A stretch of DNA of 64,000 nucleotides from an uncultured Actinomycetes bacterium (GTDB taxonomy: Bacteria; Actinomycetota; Thermoleophilia; Gaiellales; Gaiellaceae). The DNA is taken from contig CAWEIK010000001.1 in assembly GCA_963809175.1 (NCBI GenBank), positions 886,792-950,791 on the forward strand, in the 5' to 3' direction. The notes under the pieces are model-generated. The model worked only from the letters and a program-made list of their open reading frames with translations. It was not told where the DNA came from and made no database searches. The position numbers and the translations under genes were made by a program. Every line of letters starts with the position of its first letter. The first letter of the stretch is position 1. Positions 47,730-56,735 of this stretch are shown piece after piece.

Positions 47730-48322
47730 CCGCTCACTCGGGCTCCGAGAGGTGCGGCTACCGGGCGGTACCGCACGTTCACTGCGGCCGTGGGGTCGTC
47801 GCCGTTGAGCAGCTCGAGTCGAACGGGGTCGCCTCCTGGGTTGTCGAACAGCCGGACCCCGTCGCCGAGCAGCACCGGTGCGATGTGCAGGTCGATCTCG
47901 TCGATCAGTCCGCGCTCGAGGAGTTGTCGGCCGATCGAGGCGGAAAAGACCTCGAGGTTCTTGCCGTCGGCGGCCTCCAGCCCGATCCGGACGGCCTCGG
48001 CCACATCGCAGCTCAGGAAGGTCACGCCGTCGGCGGGCTGCGCGTCGTCGGGATGGTGCGTGAGGACGAACACCGGCCCCTGCCACGCGCCGCCGTAGAT
48101 ACCGCTGGCGTCGGGATAGGCGTCGAAGCCAGCACGACCTCCCAGCACGGCGCCGGTCGTCTCGGCGTACTCCTCGACCAGGCCGGGGCGGTGCGAGGTC
48201 CCGCTCATCCAGTCCATCGCGTGGTTCGGCCCCGCCACGAACCCGTCCAGCGACATCGTGAAGTGCCAGAGCACCTTGCCTCCGGCGGTCTGCCGTTCCG
48301 TGTCTGCCATCTGTCTGGCCAT
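47726..48322 (-). CDS. dihydrofolate reductase family protein (RibD C-terminal domain type)
   Basis: FTMSLDGFVAGPN..VFVLTH..IDLHIAPVLLGDG. Start taken at the internal ATG 48322 (MARQM..). The track ORF starts at 48349. Confidence 0.7.
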   Translation of the reverse strand: MARQMADTERQTAGGKVLWHFTMSLDGFVAGPNHAMDWMSGTSHRPGLVEEYAETTGAVLGGRAGFDAYPDASGIYGGAWQGPVFVLTHHPDDAQPADGVTFLSCDVAEAVRIGLEAADGKNLEVFSASIGRQLLERGLIDEIDLHIAPVLLGDGVRLFDNPGGDPVRLELLNGDDPTAAVNVRYRPVAAPLGARVSG

Positions 48323-48366
48323 GATCGATCCTCTCGTTCGGCTTCTCATCGGTTAGCATCGCGTCC

Positions 48367-49035
48367 GTGCGCGAGTTGCGTCCGGGGCTGTGGCACTGGC
48401 AGGCGCCGCACCCGGGGTGGCGGGACACTGAGCCGTGGGACAAGAACGTGTCGTCCTACGCGATCGACGACGGGGAGCGGCTTCTGCTCTTCGATCCGCT
48501 GGCTGTGCCGAGCGAGCTCGAGGCTCTCGCGGCCGGCCGCGAGACCGCGATCGTGCTCACCGCGCCGTGGCATGAGCGCGACGCGGAGGGCCTGGTCGAG
48601 CGGCTCGGCGCGCCGGTCTACACACCGCTGCCCGACAGCGCGCAGTTCCTCATGGACACGTACGGCATCACCGCCGAGCAGGCCGGCGACGGGAGTCCCG
48701 ACGTCGTCTGGCTGCTCCGCGAGGGGAAGGGCGAGGCGCGCCCGTACTCGGCCGGCGACCAGCTGCCGTTCGGTGCCGATGTGTTCCAAGGGCACAAGGT
48801 GAACGACACGGTGCTCTGGCTCGAGGGCCAGCGTGCGGTGATCTCCGGCGACACGCTCGTCGACTTCGGCCAGGGCCTCGAGATCAACGAACGGTGGCTC
48901 CAGCCTGGGGTGACGCGGGAGGAAATCGCCGCGGGGCTGCGCCCGCTGCTCGAGCTGCCGGTCGAGCACGTGCTCGCGACGCACGGCGGGCCGTTCGACC
49001 GCGCCGCGCTCGAGCGCGCGTTGGCCTCCTCCTAG
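48367..49035 (+). CDS. MBL-fold-like protein (metal-binding motif degenerate)
   Basis: 222-aa ORF. The general pattern of actinobacterial MBL-fold proteins is present, but the HxHxDH motif is reduced to WHERDA. Confidence 0.5.
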   Translation: MRELRPGLWHWQAPHPGWRDTEPWDKNVSSYAIDDGERLLLFDPLAVPSELEALAAGRETAIVLTAPWHERDAEGLVERLGAPVYTPLPDSAQFLMDTYGITAEQAGDGSPDVVWLLREGKGEARPYSAGDQLPFGADVFQGHKVNDTVLWLEGQRAVISGDTLVDFGQGLEINERWLQPGVTREEIAAGLRPLLELPVEHVLATHGGPFDRAALERALASS

Positions 49036-49058
49036 ACCACAGCTGCTACACATGCTCT

Positions 49059-49325
49059 GTGATCGCCTGTCCCCAGTGCGGCTGGTTCGCTGAGATCGCT
49101 CGACGCCCAGTTGAGGACATCGTCTGGGCGGAGCATGTGCGCGATGGCTTCTGCGCGGACGCGATCCCCGTTCGCGGCCCGGCTCGCAGCCGCGTCATGT
49201 GCATCAAGGGCCACGCTGTGGACGACCCGTTCGGCATCTGCTGGGAGTGCGCGCGGCTCAAGGAGGAAGCACGAGGGCAGCGCGCCCGCATGCATCCTCG
49301 GTCACGCCCGTTCTCGCGCGCCTAG
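49059..49325 (+). CDS. small Cys-rich (CxxC...CxxC) hypothetical protein
   Basis: In-frame GTG 49059. 88 aa with CPQCG and CWEC pairs. GC3 is moderately high. No clear RBS. Confidence 0.3.
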   Translation: MIACPQCGWFAEIARRPVEDIVWAEHVRDGFCADAIPVRGPARSRVMCIKGHAVDDPFGICWECARLKEEARGQRARMHPRSRPFSRA

Positions 49326-49345
49326 CGCTCCTCCGTCAATTCTGC

Positions 49346-49371
49346 AATACTGAACCCAATGGTTCAGTATT
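49346..49371. promoter_or_regulatory. perfect 11-4-11 palindrome centred on the ArsR-family start codon, candidate auto-operator
   Basis: AATACTGAACC-CAAT-GGTTCAGTATT read directly. ATG 49359 sits in the spacer. It lies in an AT-rich patch and has TGAA/TTCA half-sites as in SmtB/ArsR-type operators. Confidence 0.55.
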
Positions 49372-49677
49372 CACCGACGATCGACCTCGCGTTCGCAGCC
49401 CTCGCCGACCCGACCCGCCGAGCCGTCCTCGAACGGCTCGGTTCCGGCACGGGCGACGATCAGCGAGCTCGCCGAGCCCTTCGGCATGTCGCTGACCGGG
49501 ATGAAGAAGCACATCCGGCTGCTCGAGGAGGCGGAGCTCGTGACGACGGAGAAGGTCGGCCGGGTTCGCAGGTGCATGCTCGCGCCCTACGCTTTCGAGG
49601 GCATCAGCACGTGGCTGCAGCGGCTCGACCGCTTCGCGCAGGTCGTCGAACGCACGAAAGGAGCACCGAATGGCTGA
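49359..49677 (+). pseudogene. ArsR/SmtB-family transcriptional regulator, one frameshift
   Basis: MVQYSPTIDLAFAALADPTRRAVLERLGSG in frame 0, then ATISELAEPFGMSLTGMKKHIRLLEEAELV in frame 1. Junction 49447-49455. 319 nt minus 1 gives 106 codons. Confidence 0.75.
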
Positions 49678-50095
49678 AAAGAAGTCCACGGGATTCTCCG
49701 CCGAGGAGAAGGCGGCGATGAAGGAGCGCGCCGCCGAGTTGAAGGCGGAGAAGAACAAGGCGGACGGGGAGAAGCTCCTGCTCGCCAAGGTCGGCGAGAT
49801 GAAGGGGAAGGATCGCGCGATGGCCAAGCGGATCCACGAGATCGTCACGGCCACCGCGCCGTCCCTGCTGCCGAAGACCTGGTACGGGATGCCCGCGTGG
49901 GCCAACGAGGACGGCAAGGTCGTCTGCTACTTCCAGGACGCGGCGAAGTTCAAGTCGAGGTACGCGACGTTCGGCTTCAGCGACCTGGCGAACATCGACG
50001 CAGGCGCCATGTGGCCGACGTCGTTTGCGCTGACGGAGCTGACCGCCGCCGACGAGAAGAAGATCGCCACGCTCGTGAAGAAAGCCGTGCGCTGA
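49670..50095 (+). CDS. DUF1801 (YdhG-like) domain protein
   Basis: 141-aa ORF whose start overlaps the regulator stop. ..TWYGMPAWANEDGKVVCYFQ pattern. Confidence 0.6.
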   Translation: MAEKKSTGFSAEEKAAMKERAAELKAEKNKADGEKLLLAKVGEMKGKDRAMAKRIHEIVTATAPSLLPKTWYGMPAWANEDGKVVCYFQDAAKFKSRYATFGFSDLANIDAGAMWPTSFALTELTAADEKKIATLVKKAVR

Positions 50096-50530
50096 TGAAC
50101 GAGACCACCGTCACCACCCCGAGCGAGCTCGAGATCCGCGTCGAGCGGATCTTCGACGCACCGCGCGCGCATGTCTTCTCCGTCTGGACCGACCCGAAGC
50201 TGATCCCGGAGTGGTGGGGCGACGGCACGGTCGTCGAGGAGATGGACGTCCGCTCCGGCGGCACGTACCGCTTCCGCACCGCCTACGGCGTCGTCGAGGG
50301 CGAGTTCCGCGAAGTCGAGCGCACCCGAGCGGCTCGTGCAGACGTTCCAGAACCACCTCCAGACGCTCGAGTTCGAGGATCTGGGCGAGCGGACGAAGCT
50401 GACGCAGACGATGCAGTTCGCGACCACCGAGGAGCGAGACACGACGATGCAGTACGGCGTCGAGCAGGGCGCGAAGGCGGGCTTCGAACGCATCGACGCG
50501 CTGCTGGAGAAGATCGCGGCCTTGCTCTAG
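50095..50530 (+). pseudogene. SRPBCC (Aha1/START-like) domain protein, one frameshift
   Basis: ATG 50095 overlaps the previous stop (TGATG). ..LEIRVERIFDAPRAHVFSVWTDPKLIPEWWG..GEFREVE, then APERLVQTFQ..TKLTQTMQFATTEERD in the next frame. Junction 50318-50326. 436 nt minus 1 gives 145 codons. Confidence 0.7.
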
Positions 50531-51390
50531 CGCGGCGCCGAGCGAGGCCACCGGCAGACGCCGGTCACACGCTCCTTGCGTTGGAAGCCGAGCGACTCGT
50601 ACAACCCGACCGCGTGGTAGTCGGCCTCGGCGACGATCACGAAGCGGTCCGCTCCGTGCTCCGCGACCGAGCGCTGCGCAGCCTCCACGACCAGCCGCGA
50701 ACAGATTCCACGTCTCCGGTACGCGAGCGCAGTGTCGACGAGCTGGAACCGGCCTCGTCCCTCCTTGACGACGACGCCGCAGCTGGCGGCCACTTCAGCG
50801 CTCACGGGATCGACCGCGACGTACCAGCCTCCGTGTCCAGCGCGGAAGTGTTCGCGAAGGTCGGCGAGCCGGGCTTGGGTGAACGTGCGGTAGTCGTCCT
50901 CAGCTTGAGCCGGATCCCGGTTTTGGAGTTGGAGCTCGACCACCGCAGCCCAAAGGCGGTCATCCGCGTCCACGGCAGGGTCGAGCTCCTGCACCGTGAC
51001 CGCGCGGTTCGCTCGAGGGTGTTGACGTAATCGATCAGTCGTTGCGACAAGGCCGATGCTCTCATCGAGGTCGTAGCCGTGGCCAACGAACTCCTCGCGC
51101 GCGGCTCCGATGGTGCCGTCAACCCGGTCCCACGCGAACGTCCGATGCCGAACCGCGGGTTCGAGGCCGAACTCGGCGTCGAAGAGCGCCTCCCATCGAT
51201 CTCGCTCGCCGGTTCGTGGCGGTTCGTCGAACAGCAGCAAGTTTCCCCAGTAGTGCGCCGGGTTGCTCGGAGAACGGACGGCCAGATAACCGTCTCGTTG
51301 CTCGATGCAACGATCGACGGGCAACACGTCGAGGCTCGTCGCCCACACGAGCGATCGCGGCACCGGCGCGCGCTCGCTGTCGCCGCGCAT
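50527..51390 (-). CDS. GNAT-family N-acetyltransferase
   Basis: 287-aa ORF with C-terminal acetyl-CoA-binding-type segment LVDTALAYRRRGICSRLV. Confidence 0.65.
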   Translation of the reverse strand: MRGDSERAPVPRSLVWATSLDVLPVDRCIEQRDGYLAVRSPSNPAHYWGNLLLFDEPPRTGERDRWEALFDAEFGLEPAVRHRTFAWDRVDGTIGAAREEFVGHGYDLDESIGLVATTDRLRQHPRANRAVTVQELDPAVDADDRLWAAVVELQLQNRDPAQAEDDYRTFTQARLADLREHFRAGHGGWYVAVDPVSAEVAASCGVVVKEGRGRFQLVDTALAYRRRGICSRLVVEAAQRSVAEHGADRFVIVAEADYHAVGLYESLGFQRKERVTGVCRWPRSAPR

Positions 51391-51466
51391 GGGCTGAAGA
51401 CTAGTCGCCGTCCCGCGTGGCGTTACTTACATGTGACCACCGTGTGACCGCCCGGCCGCACGATGG

Positions 51467-51484
51467 TTCAGTCGAACGACTGAA
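51467..51484. promoter_or_regulatory. perfect 8-2-8 palindrome upstream of a secreted-protein gene
   Basis: TTCAGTCG-AA-CGACTGAA read directly, 48 nt upstream of ATG 51532, in a lower-GC intergenic region. Confidence 0.35.
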
Positions 51485-51531
51485 GACCGTGTGGGCGAGA
51501 GCCCGGATATCCGCGAAGCAGGAGGTTGAGT

Positions 51532-51999
51532 ATGAAGGTGACGCTGTCCACCGTTGCGACCGCACTCGCTGTCGCCGCACTGGCGCTTCTCGCTGCGGCA
51601 CCGTCTGCCGGGAGCGCGCCCGGGTCGATTCGGATCGACCTGAACGGTTTCGTCACGGGGCCGGACTCGTTCCAGGGAACCTTTGTCGCGTCGGGAGTCG
51701 CAAACGACTCTGGAACCTACGCAGGAACGTTTCGGTTCGCGGGGCGCACGATTCACGTCGTCAAGACCCTGATCGGGACGAACGGAACGATCACTCTCAA
51801 GTCGGAGGCAGTCGTCGTTCCAACCTCGCCGACCACGATCAGCTTCAAGGGCGGCTCTTGGGCGACGGTAGTGGGGACCGGCGTCTACTCCGATCTCCAC
51901 GCGATCGGAACGCCGGCAGCGGCAAGCGGTGCGTCGGCCGACCTGGTCACTGGCGTGATCCGAGAAACGCACGAGGGTCAAGGGTTCCTCAGGCCTTGA
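51532..51999 (+). CDS. secreted hypothetical protein
   Basis: ATG 51532 lies 7 nt after AGGAGG. Signal peptide MKVTLSTVATALAVAALALLAAAPSAGSA. Confidence 0.65.
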   Translation: MKVTLSTVATALAVAALALLAAAPSAGSAPGSIRIDLNGFVTGPDSFQGTFVASGVANDSGTYAGTFRFAGRTIHVVKTLIGTNGTITLKSEAVVVPTSPTTISFKGGSWATVVGTGVYSDLHAIGTPAAASGASADLVTGVIRETHEGQGFLRP

Positions 52000-52099
52000 G
52001 ACAAGCGACCATCGGCGACTTGCTCGGTTGATCGAGAAAGTGCAGCGCACAAGGCTTAGGGGACGGCGTGCCGTTCGCGCGGAGCACCTGTAAACGGAC

Positions 52100-53059
52100 C
52101 TAGCTGCCTGCGAACTGTTCGAGCGTGTCGCGGATCTCTTTCCTCAGGGTCGGGCTTCCGGTGTGCCCTGAGTCAGAGATCACGACCAGGTGCGCGTCGG
52201 GCCAGGCGCGTGCCAGTTCCCACGCTGTCCGGATCGGTGAGCCCAGATCGAGGCGGCCATGGAATAAGACGCCGGTGATGCCGGCTAGGCGGTTGGCGTT
52301 GCGGAGCAGCGCGCCCTCTTCGAGCCAGGCGCCGTGGGAGAAGTAGTGGGCGCAGATGCGGACGAGGGCGATCTGAGCGGCCGGTGGCCGGGAGCTGTAG
52401 GCGTTAGGCGTTCCTTGCGGCTCCAGCGAGATGACCGCGTCTTCCCATGCGAGCCAGTCGGCGGTCGCCTTGGCGCGGACGTCCGCGTCCGGAGACTCCA
52501 CCAGCCGGGCATAGGAGGCTACGAGGTCGTCATTGCGCTCCGCCTCCGGAACGCCGGCTCGAAACCGCTCCCACTCCTCGGGAAAGAAACGGCCGACGCC
52601 GTGGTAAAGCCAATCGATGTCAGACCGCCGGCTCAGCGTCACACCGGTAATCAGGATCTCCGACACGCGCTCTGGATGCCGTTCGGCATACGCGAGAATC
52701 AGCGTCGATCCCCACGAGCCGCCGAACAGCAGCCACTGCTCGATCCCGAGGTGCTCGCGCAACCGCTCCATGTCCGCGAGCAGGTGCTCGGTCGTGTTCA
52801 CGCTCATGTCGGTAGCCGGGTCGCTGGCGTGCGGCGTGCTCCGTCCGCAGCCGCGCTGGTCGAAGAGCACGACCCGGTACCGATCCGGGCTGAACGATCG
52901 GCCAGTGCTCCCCTCGCAACTGGACCCAGGCCCGCCGTGGACGACGACCGCGGGCTTGCCTCCGGGATTGCCGCGGGCCTCCCAGTAGACGAGGTTGCCG
53001 TCGCCCACGTCGAGCATTCCCTGGTCGTACGGCTCGGTCGGTGGATACGGATCGACCAT
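52100..53059 (-). CDS. pip: prolyl aminopeptidase (proline iminopeptidase, S33)
   Basis: 319-aa ORF. HGGPG, DQRGCGRS and GGSWGSTL motifs. Confidence 0.85.
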   Translation of the reverse strand: MVDPYPPTEPYDQGMLDVGDGNLVYWEARGNPGGKPAVVVHGGPGSSCEGSTGRSFSPDRYRVVLFDQRGCGRSTPHASDPATDMSVNTTEHLLADMERLREHLGIEQWLLFGGSWGSTLILAYAERHPERVSEILITGVTLSRRSDIDWLYHGVGRFFPEEWERFRAGVPEAERNDDLVASYARLVESPDADVRAKATADWLAWEDAVISLEPQGTPNAYSSRPPAAQIALVRICAHYFSHGAWLEEGALLRNANRLAGITGVLFHGRLDLGSPIRTAWELARAWPDAHLVVISDSGHTGSPTLRKEIRDTLEQFAGS

Positions 53060-53151
53060 TGTTGGGTTTCCTCGCTCTCCGAGGAGGCTGCCGCCACGTT
53101 AACCCTCGAAGACTGAAGTGAGTGGCGAGAGCGGTCAGGACGAGCGCCGAC

Positions 53152-53595
53152 ATGAAACACACGAAGGGCTACGATGCCCGTGTGTTCGCCGGCGACAGCG
53201 ATCGTGAACGTGCGGCCGCCACGCTGAGGGAGAGCTACGTCGACGGCCGCTTGTCGCTGGACGAGCTCTCGGAGCGGACCGAGCTCGTGCTCGCCGCGCG
53301 CTCGCGGGCGGAGCTGCGGGCGGCGCTGTCCGGGTTGCCGTGGTTGTCGGATGAGCTGGCGGAGCGTGGCCGATCGGTCGCGCGCGTGGTCGCGCGCGGG
53401 GCGCTGGTCGTAGCGCTGACCGGCGCGTGGCTGCTGTTCAGCTTCACGCTCCTCCTCGTCTTCGGGCTGATGCTCCTGTTCCAAGTAGTGTCGGGCTTGG
53501 CGTTGCTCGGGTTCCTGCTCGTCTGGCTCGTCCCGACGTATCTCCTGTCGCGCGTCTGGCACAGCCGGCCGCCGACGCGCCGGCCGAGCGTCTAG
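53152..53595 (+). CDS. DUF1707 domain membrane protein
   Basis: ..GDSDRERAAATLRESYVDGRLSLDELSERTELVLAARSRAEL followed by TM helices. ATG 53152 chosen; the track ORF starts at GTG 53122. Confidence 0.6.
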   Translation: MKHTKGYDARVFAGDSDRERAAATLRESYVDGRLSLDELSERTELVLAARSRAELRAALSGLPWLSDELAERGRSVARVVARGALVVALTGAWLLFSFTLLLVFGLMLLFQVVSGLALLGFLLVWLVPTYLLSRVWHSRPPTRRPSV

Positions 53596-53623
53596 CTCAT
53601 CCCGAGCTGCGCAGCGATCAGCG

Positions 53624-54853
53624 TTATTCGGGCGGCTGCGCGGTGCGCTGCCAGTGGCGGGCGCCATCGATGCTCTTGTAGAGCCCGTAGTCGGGCACGA
53701 GCGCGTAGATCGTGTTCGGATTGCGCGGGTCGAACGTGAGACCGTACGGCGGGCGGCACCCGACTCGCAGACCGCTGTTGGCCGTCTGCCACGACCGGCC
53801 GCTGTCGGTGCTCTTGAAGACGCCCTTGCAGTAGGTCTGCGCGTAGATCGTCCCTCGCGTCGTCGGGCTGAACGCGAGCGGGGCTTCAGCTCGCCTGTCG
53901 CCGGTCATGAAGCGGGTGTTCACCTCCCGCCAGCTCGCACCGTGGTCGATGCTCTTGTAGATGCCTGTGTGCGTGCTCACGTAGACGGTCCCGGGCTCGT
54001 GCGAGTTGAAGGCAACGCTCGGGATGTAGGTCCTCCGCCGGATCGTTCGCGGTCGCCAGCTGCGACCGCCGTCCCTGGAGACGAACAGACGGTCGGCGCC
54101 ATCGCCGATGACCGCGTACATGGTCTTCGGGTCACTCGGGTCGAGTGCGAGCTTGCTGACGTGCTTGGCCGGCAGGCCGCCTCTGACGTGGTGCCACGAC
54201 CGACCGCCGTTGGTCGTCTTGAGCAAGCCGTCCGCGTTGACGGAATAGACGGTCTCTGGGCGAGCAGGATCGACGACGAGGACGGCCACGTAGTTCAGCT
54301 GCGCATTCCGCAGGCCGGTCGAGTGCCAATTTCGACCCCCGTCGGTGGTCTTGTAGACGCCGTGGTTGAGCGTGAACGCGTACACCGTGTTCGGGTTGCT
54401 CGGGTTGATCGCGAGCTGGTTGACGCCAAACTCGTCGGGCCGGCCGCGGAGCACGGTCCGCCAACTGCGTGCACCGTCGGTGGACTTGAAGACGCCCTGA
54501 AGCGTCCCTGCGTAGAGGATCAGCGGATTGCCCGGATGCACCGCGAGAGCCCTCGCGGACGGTCGGAATTGAACAACCGCCGCCGCCAGACGGGCATCCG
54601 CGCGCGCACCGACTTCGCCGGGGCGGTCGCCCTCGCCCACGCCACCGCCGAACGAGTCTCCTCGTCCTCCTCCGCCCCCCAGATATGCGGCCGCGCCGGC
54701 GAGTGCCGCCAGCGCTGTTGCCGCGTAGGCGAGCCTGCGGCGGCGTGCGCGTGCGCGAGCTTCCTTGATCAGGAGCTCGAGCTCATGATCGAGCTCGGAG
54801 AGCTCCCCCGGCTGCTCTTTGTCTGATTCGGGCGGAGAAACGGTGACGCTCAT
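53624..54853 (-). CDS. membrane-anchored BNR/Asp-box repeat beta-propeller protein
   Basis: At least seven S/T-x-D-G-G-x-S/N-W type Asp-boxes (STDGARSW, TTDGGRNW, TTNGGRSW, SRDGGRSW, SIDHGASW, STDSGRSW, SIDGARHW) after an N-terminal TM anchor. Lower GC than neighbouring genes. Confidence 0.75.
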   Translation of the reverse strand: MSVTVSPPESDKEQPGELSELDHELELLIKEARARARRRRLAYAATALAALAGAAAYLGGGGGRGDSFGGGVGEGDRPGEVGARADARLAAAVVQFRPSARALAVHPGNPLILYAGTLQGVFKSTDGARSWRTVLRGRPDEFGVNQLAINPSNPNTVYAFTLNHGVYKTTDGGRNWHSTGLRNAQLNYVAVLVVDPARPETVYSVNADGLLKTTNGGRSWHHVRGGLPAKHVSKLALDPSDPKTMYAVIGDGADRLFVSRDGGRSWRPRTIRRRTYIPSVAFNSHEPGTVYVSTHTGIYKSIDHGASWREVNTRFMTGDRRAEAPLAFSPTTRGTIYAQTYCKGVFKSTDSGRSWQTANSGLRVGCRPPYGLTFDPRNPNTIYALVPDYGLYKSIDGARHWQRTAQPPE

Positions 54854-54882
54854 ACTTCGCACCTTTCCCAGATGACGCTAGT

Positions 54883-55242
54883 ATGAATGGCACCATGAGA
54901 TCAGTCAAGGTCGACCGCCGGGCGACGCTCGACCTCTACGAGCAGGTGGCCGCCGAGATCCGCCGCGCCATCGCCGACGGCGAGGCGAAGCCAGGCGAGC
55001 GACTGCCGCCGGCCAAGGACCTGGCGGCGGTGCTCGGCGTGAACACGAACACCGTCCTGCGGGCACTGCGACTACTCCGCGACGAGGGCTTGCTCGAGTT
55101 CAGACGCGGCCGCGGGATCACGGTCGCAGGCACACCAGAGAGAAGCGCGCTCATCGCCCAAGCGCGCGAGCTCGTGCTCCTCGCCCGAAAACACGGCTAC
55201 GGACCCGACGAGCTCACGCAGATCATCGCCGACGTCAGCTGA
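54883..55242 (+). CDS. GntR-family transcriptional regulator (short, YhcF-like)
   Basis: 119-aa ORF. LPPAKDLAAVLGVNTNTVLRALRLLRDEGLLEFRRGRGITV. Alternative ATG at 54895. Confidence 0.8.
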   Translation: MNGTMRSVKVDRRATLDLYEQVAAEIRRAIADGEAKPGERLPPAKDLAAVLGVNTNTVLRALRLLRDEGLLEFRRGRGITVAGTPERSALIAQARELVLLARKHGYGPDELTQIIADVS

Positions 55243-55264
55243 CAACGCCTTCGCTTGTTCGGAG

Positions 55265-55336
55265 TGCCCCCGGCCGGAATCGAACCAGCGCACGCGGTTT
55301 AGGAAACCGCTGCTCTATCCACTGAGCTACGGGGGC
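55265..55336 (-). tRNA. tRNA-Arg (anticodon CCT)
   Basis: Folded by hand on the reverse strand. Acceptor stem GCCCCCG/CGGGGGC, D arm GCTC-AGTGGATA-GAGC, anticodon arm GCGGT-TTCCTAA-ACCGC, T arm GCTGG-TTCGATT-CCGGC, discriminator A. 72 nt, with no encoded CCA. Confidence 0.9.
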
Positions 55337-55398
55337 TCCTGGCTCAACCAGGCCGGTTGCGCGGCCGGGTGATGGCTGCACTGTAGCCTCGGAGGACG

Positions 55399-55938
55399 TT
55401 GACGAATCTCGCCGTACCACTGGTCTCGCCCGGCGTGCGCACCGCGATCGTCGTGCTCGGGAACGGCGGGCGCCGCCGCGGCGAGCGGCCGATTACCGAC
55501 GCGTGCCTTGCGCTCGTGCGCGAGGGCGAGCGGGTCGCGGCCAGCCGCGAGGCCGACGTGGTCGTGCTCACGGGCGGCTCGCGCGGCGGCCGCACGCCGG
55601 AGGCGGAGCAGATGTACACGGCCTGGGCGGGGCCGGATGTCGAGCTCGTCGTCGAGCCGACCGCGTCGATCACGGCGGAGAACGCCGCTCGCACGCTCCC
55701 GCTCCTCGTCGAGCGCGGCATCGGTCGCGCTGTCGTCGTCTGCGCTCCGCTGCACGTCTACCGCACGCGGTTCTTCTTCTCTCGGCTCTTCGAGCCGCGA
55801 GGGATCCAGACCTCGTTCCACGTCGCCGCAGTCGCGCAGGGCGCGCGCGCGTTTGTGTGGGAGCTCGCGGCTGCCCCGCTTTGCCGGCGCCAGCTGCGAG
55901 CAGCGCGCGCCGAGCTCGACCAGAAGGGCTTCGCATGA
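55399..55938 (+). CDS. DUF218 (YdcF/ElyC-like) domain protein
   Basis: 179-aa ORF with TTG start. ..VVLGNG.. and ..VVVCAPLHVYRT pattern. Start uncertain. Confidence 0.55.
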   Translation: MTNLAVPLVSPGVRTAIVVLGNGGRRRGERPITDACLALVREGERVAASREADVVVLTGGSRGGRTPEAEQMYTAWAGPDVELVVEPTASITAENAARTLPLLVERGIGRAVVVCAPLHVYRTRFFFSRLFEPRGIQTSFHVAAVAQGARAFVWELAAAPLCRRQLRAARAELDQKGFA

Positions 55939-56657
55939 GCGACGCGCTCGTGTTCATCCCGGCGTGGAACGAGGAGCAGAATCTGCCGGCCGTCCTCGAC
56001 GACCTCAGGCGCCTGCTGCCCGATGCGGATGTCCTCGTCGTCGACGACGGTTCCACCGACCGGACTGCGGACGTGTCGCGCGAGCACGGAGCGGAGGTGC
56101 TGTCGCTGGGACGGAACCGCGGGTTGCCCATCGGAATCGCGGCGGGCTATCGCTGGGCGCTCGAGCACGACTACGCGTACTGCGGCAGGGTCGACGCCGA
56201 CGGCCAGCACTCGGCGGCGGAGCTGTCGCGGCTACTCGAGCTCGTGCGCGCGGACCACTGCGACGTCGCAGTCGGGTCGCGCTTCGTGTCCGGGGACGGC
56301 TACGCGCCGTATCGATACCGCCCCGACCGTACGCGGCGCTTCGGCACGGCGGTGCTGCGACGCGCGATGGCGCTCGTGCTGCAGCGCCCGTTCGGCGACG
56401 CGACGAGCGGCCTCTACGCCGTCAACGCGAAGGCGCTCCCGTTGCTGGCCGAGGAGTTCACGACGGAGGCGCCCGAGGTCGAGGCATTGATCCGGATCGT
56501 GGACGCCGGGCTGCGGCTCGAGGAGGTGCCGGTGAACATGGCCGCGCGCGCGAGCGGCGAGTCGAAGCTCCGAGGCGGGAAGGCGGTCAAGGTCGTGCTG
56601 ACCGTCGCCGCGACGCTCGCTGCCGCGAAGTGGATTCAGACGCGGCGACCGCGCTGA
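55935..56657 (+). CDS. family 2 glycosyltransferase
   Basis: ATG 55935 overlaps the previous stop (ATGA). FIPAWNEEQNLPAVLDDL..VVDDGSTDRT. 240 aa. Confidence 0.8.
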   Translation: MSDALVFIPAWNEEQNLPAVLDDLRRLLPDADVLVVDDGSTDRTADVSREHGAEVLSLGRNRGLPIGIAAGYRWALEHDYAYCGRVDADGQHSAAELSRLLELVRADHCDVAVGSRFVSGDGYAPYRYRPDRTRRFGTAVLRRAMALVLQRPFGDATSGLYAVNAKALPLLAEEFTTEAPEVEALIRIVDAGLRLEEVPVNMAARASGESKLRGGKAVKVVLTVAATLAAAKWIQTRRPR

Positions 56658-56735
56658 TCTGAGCGAGCCGCAGGAGCGGCCCGTGCGCCCAGTCCTCCGG
56701 TTTCGCCTCGCGCACCTGCACGCGGGCATTCTCGC

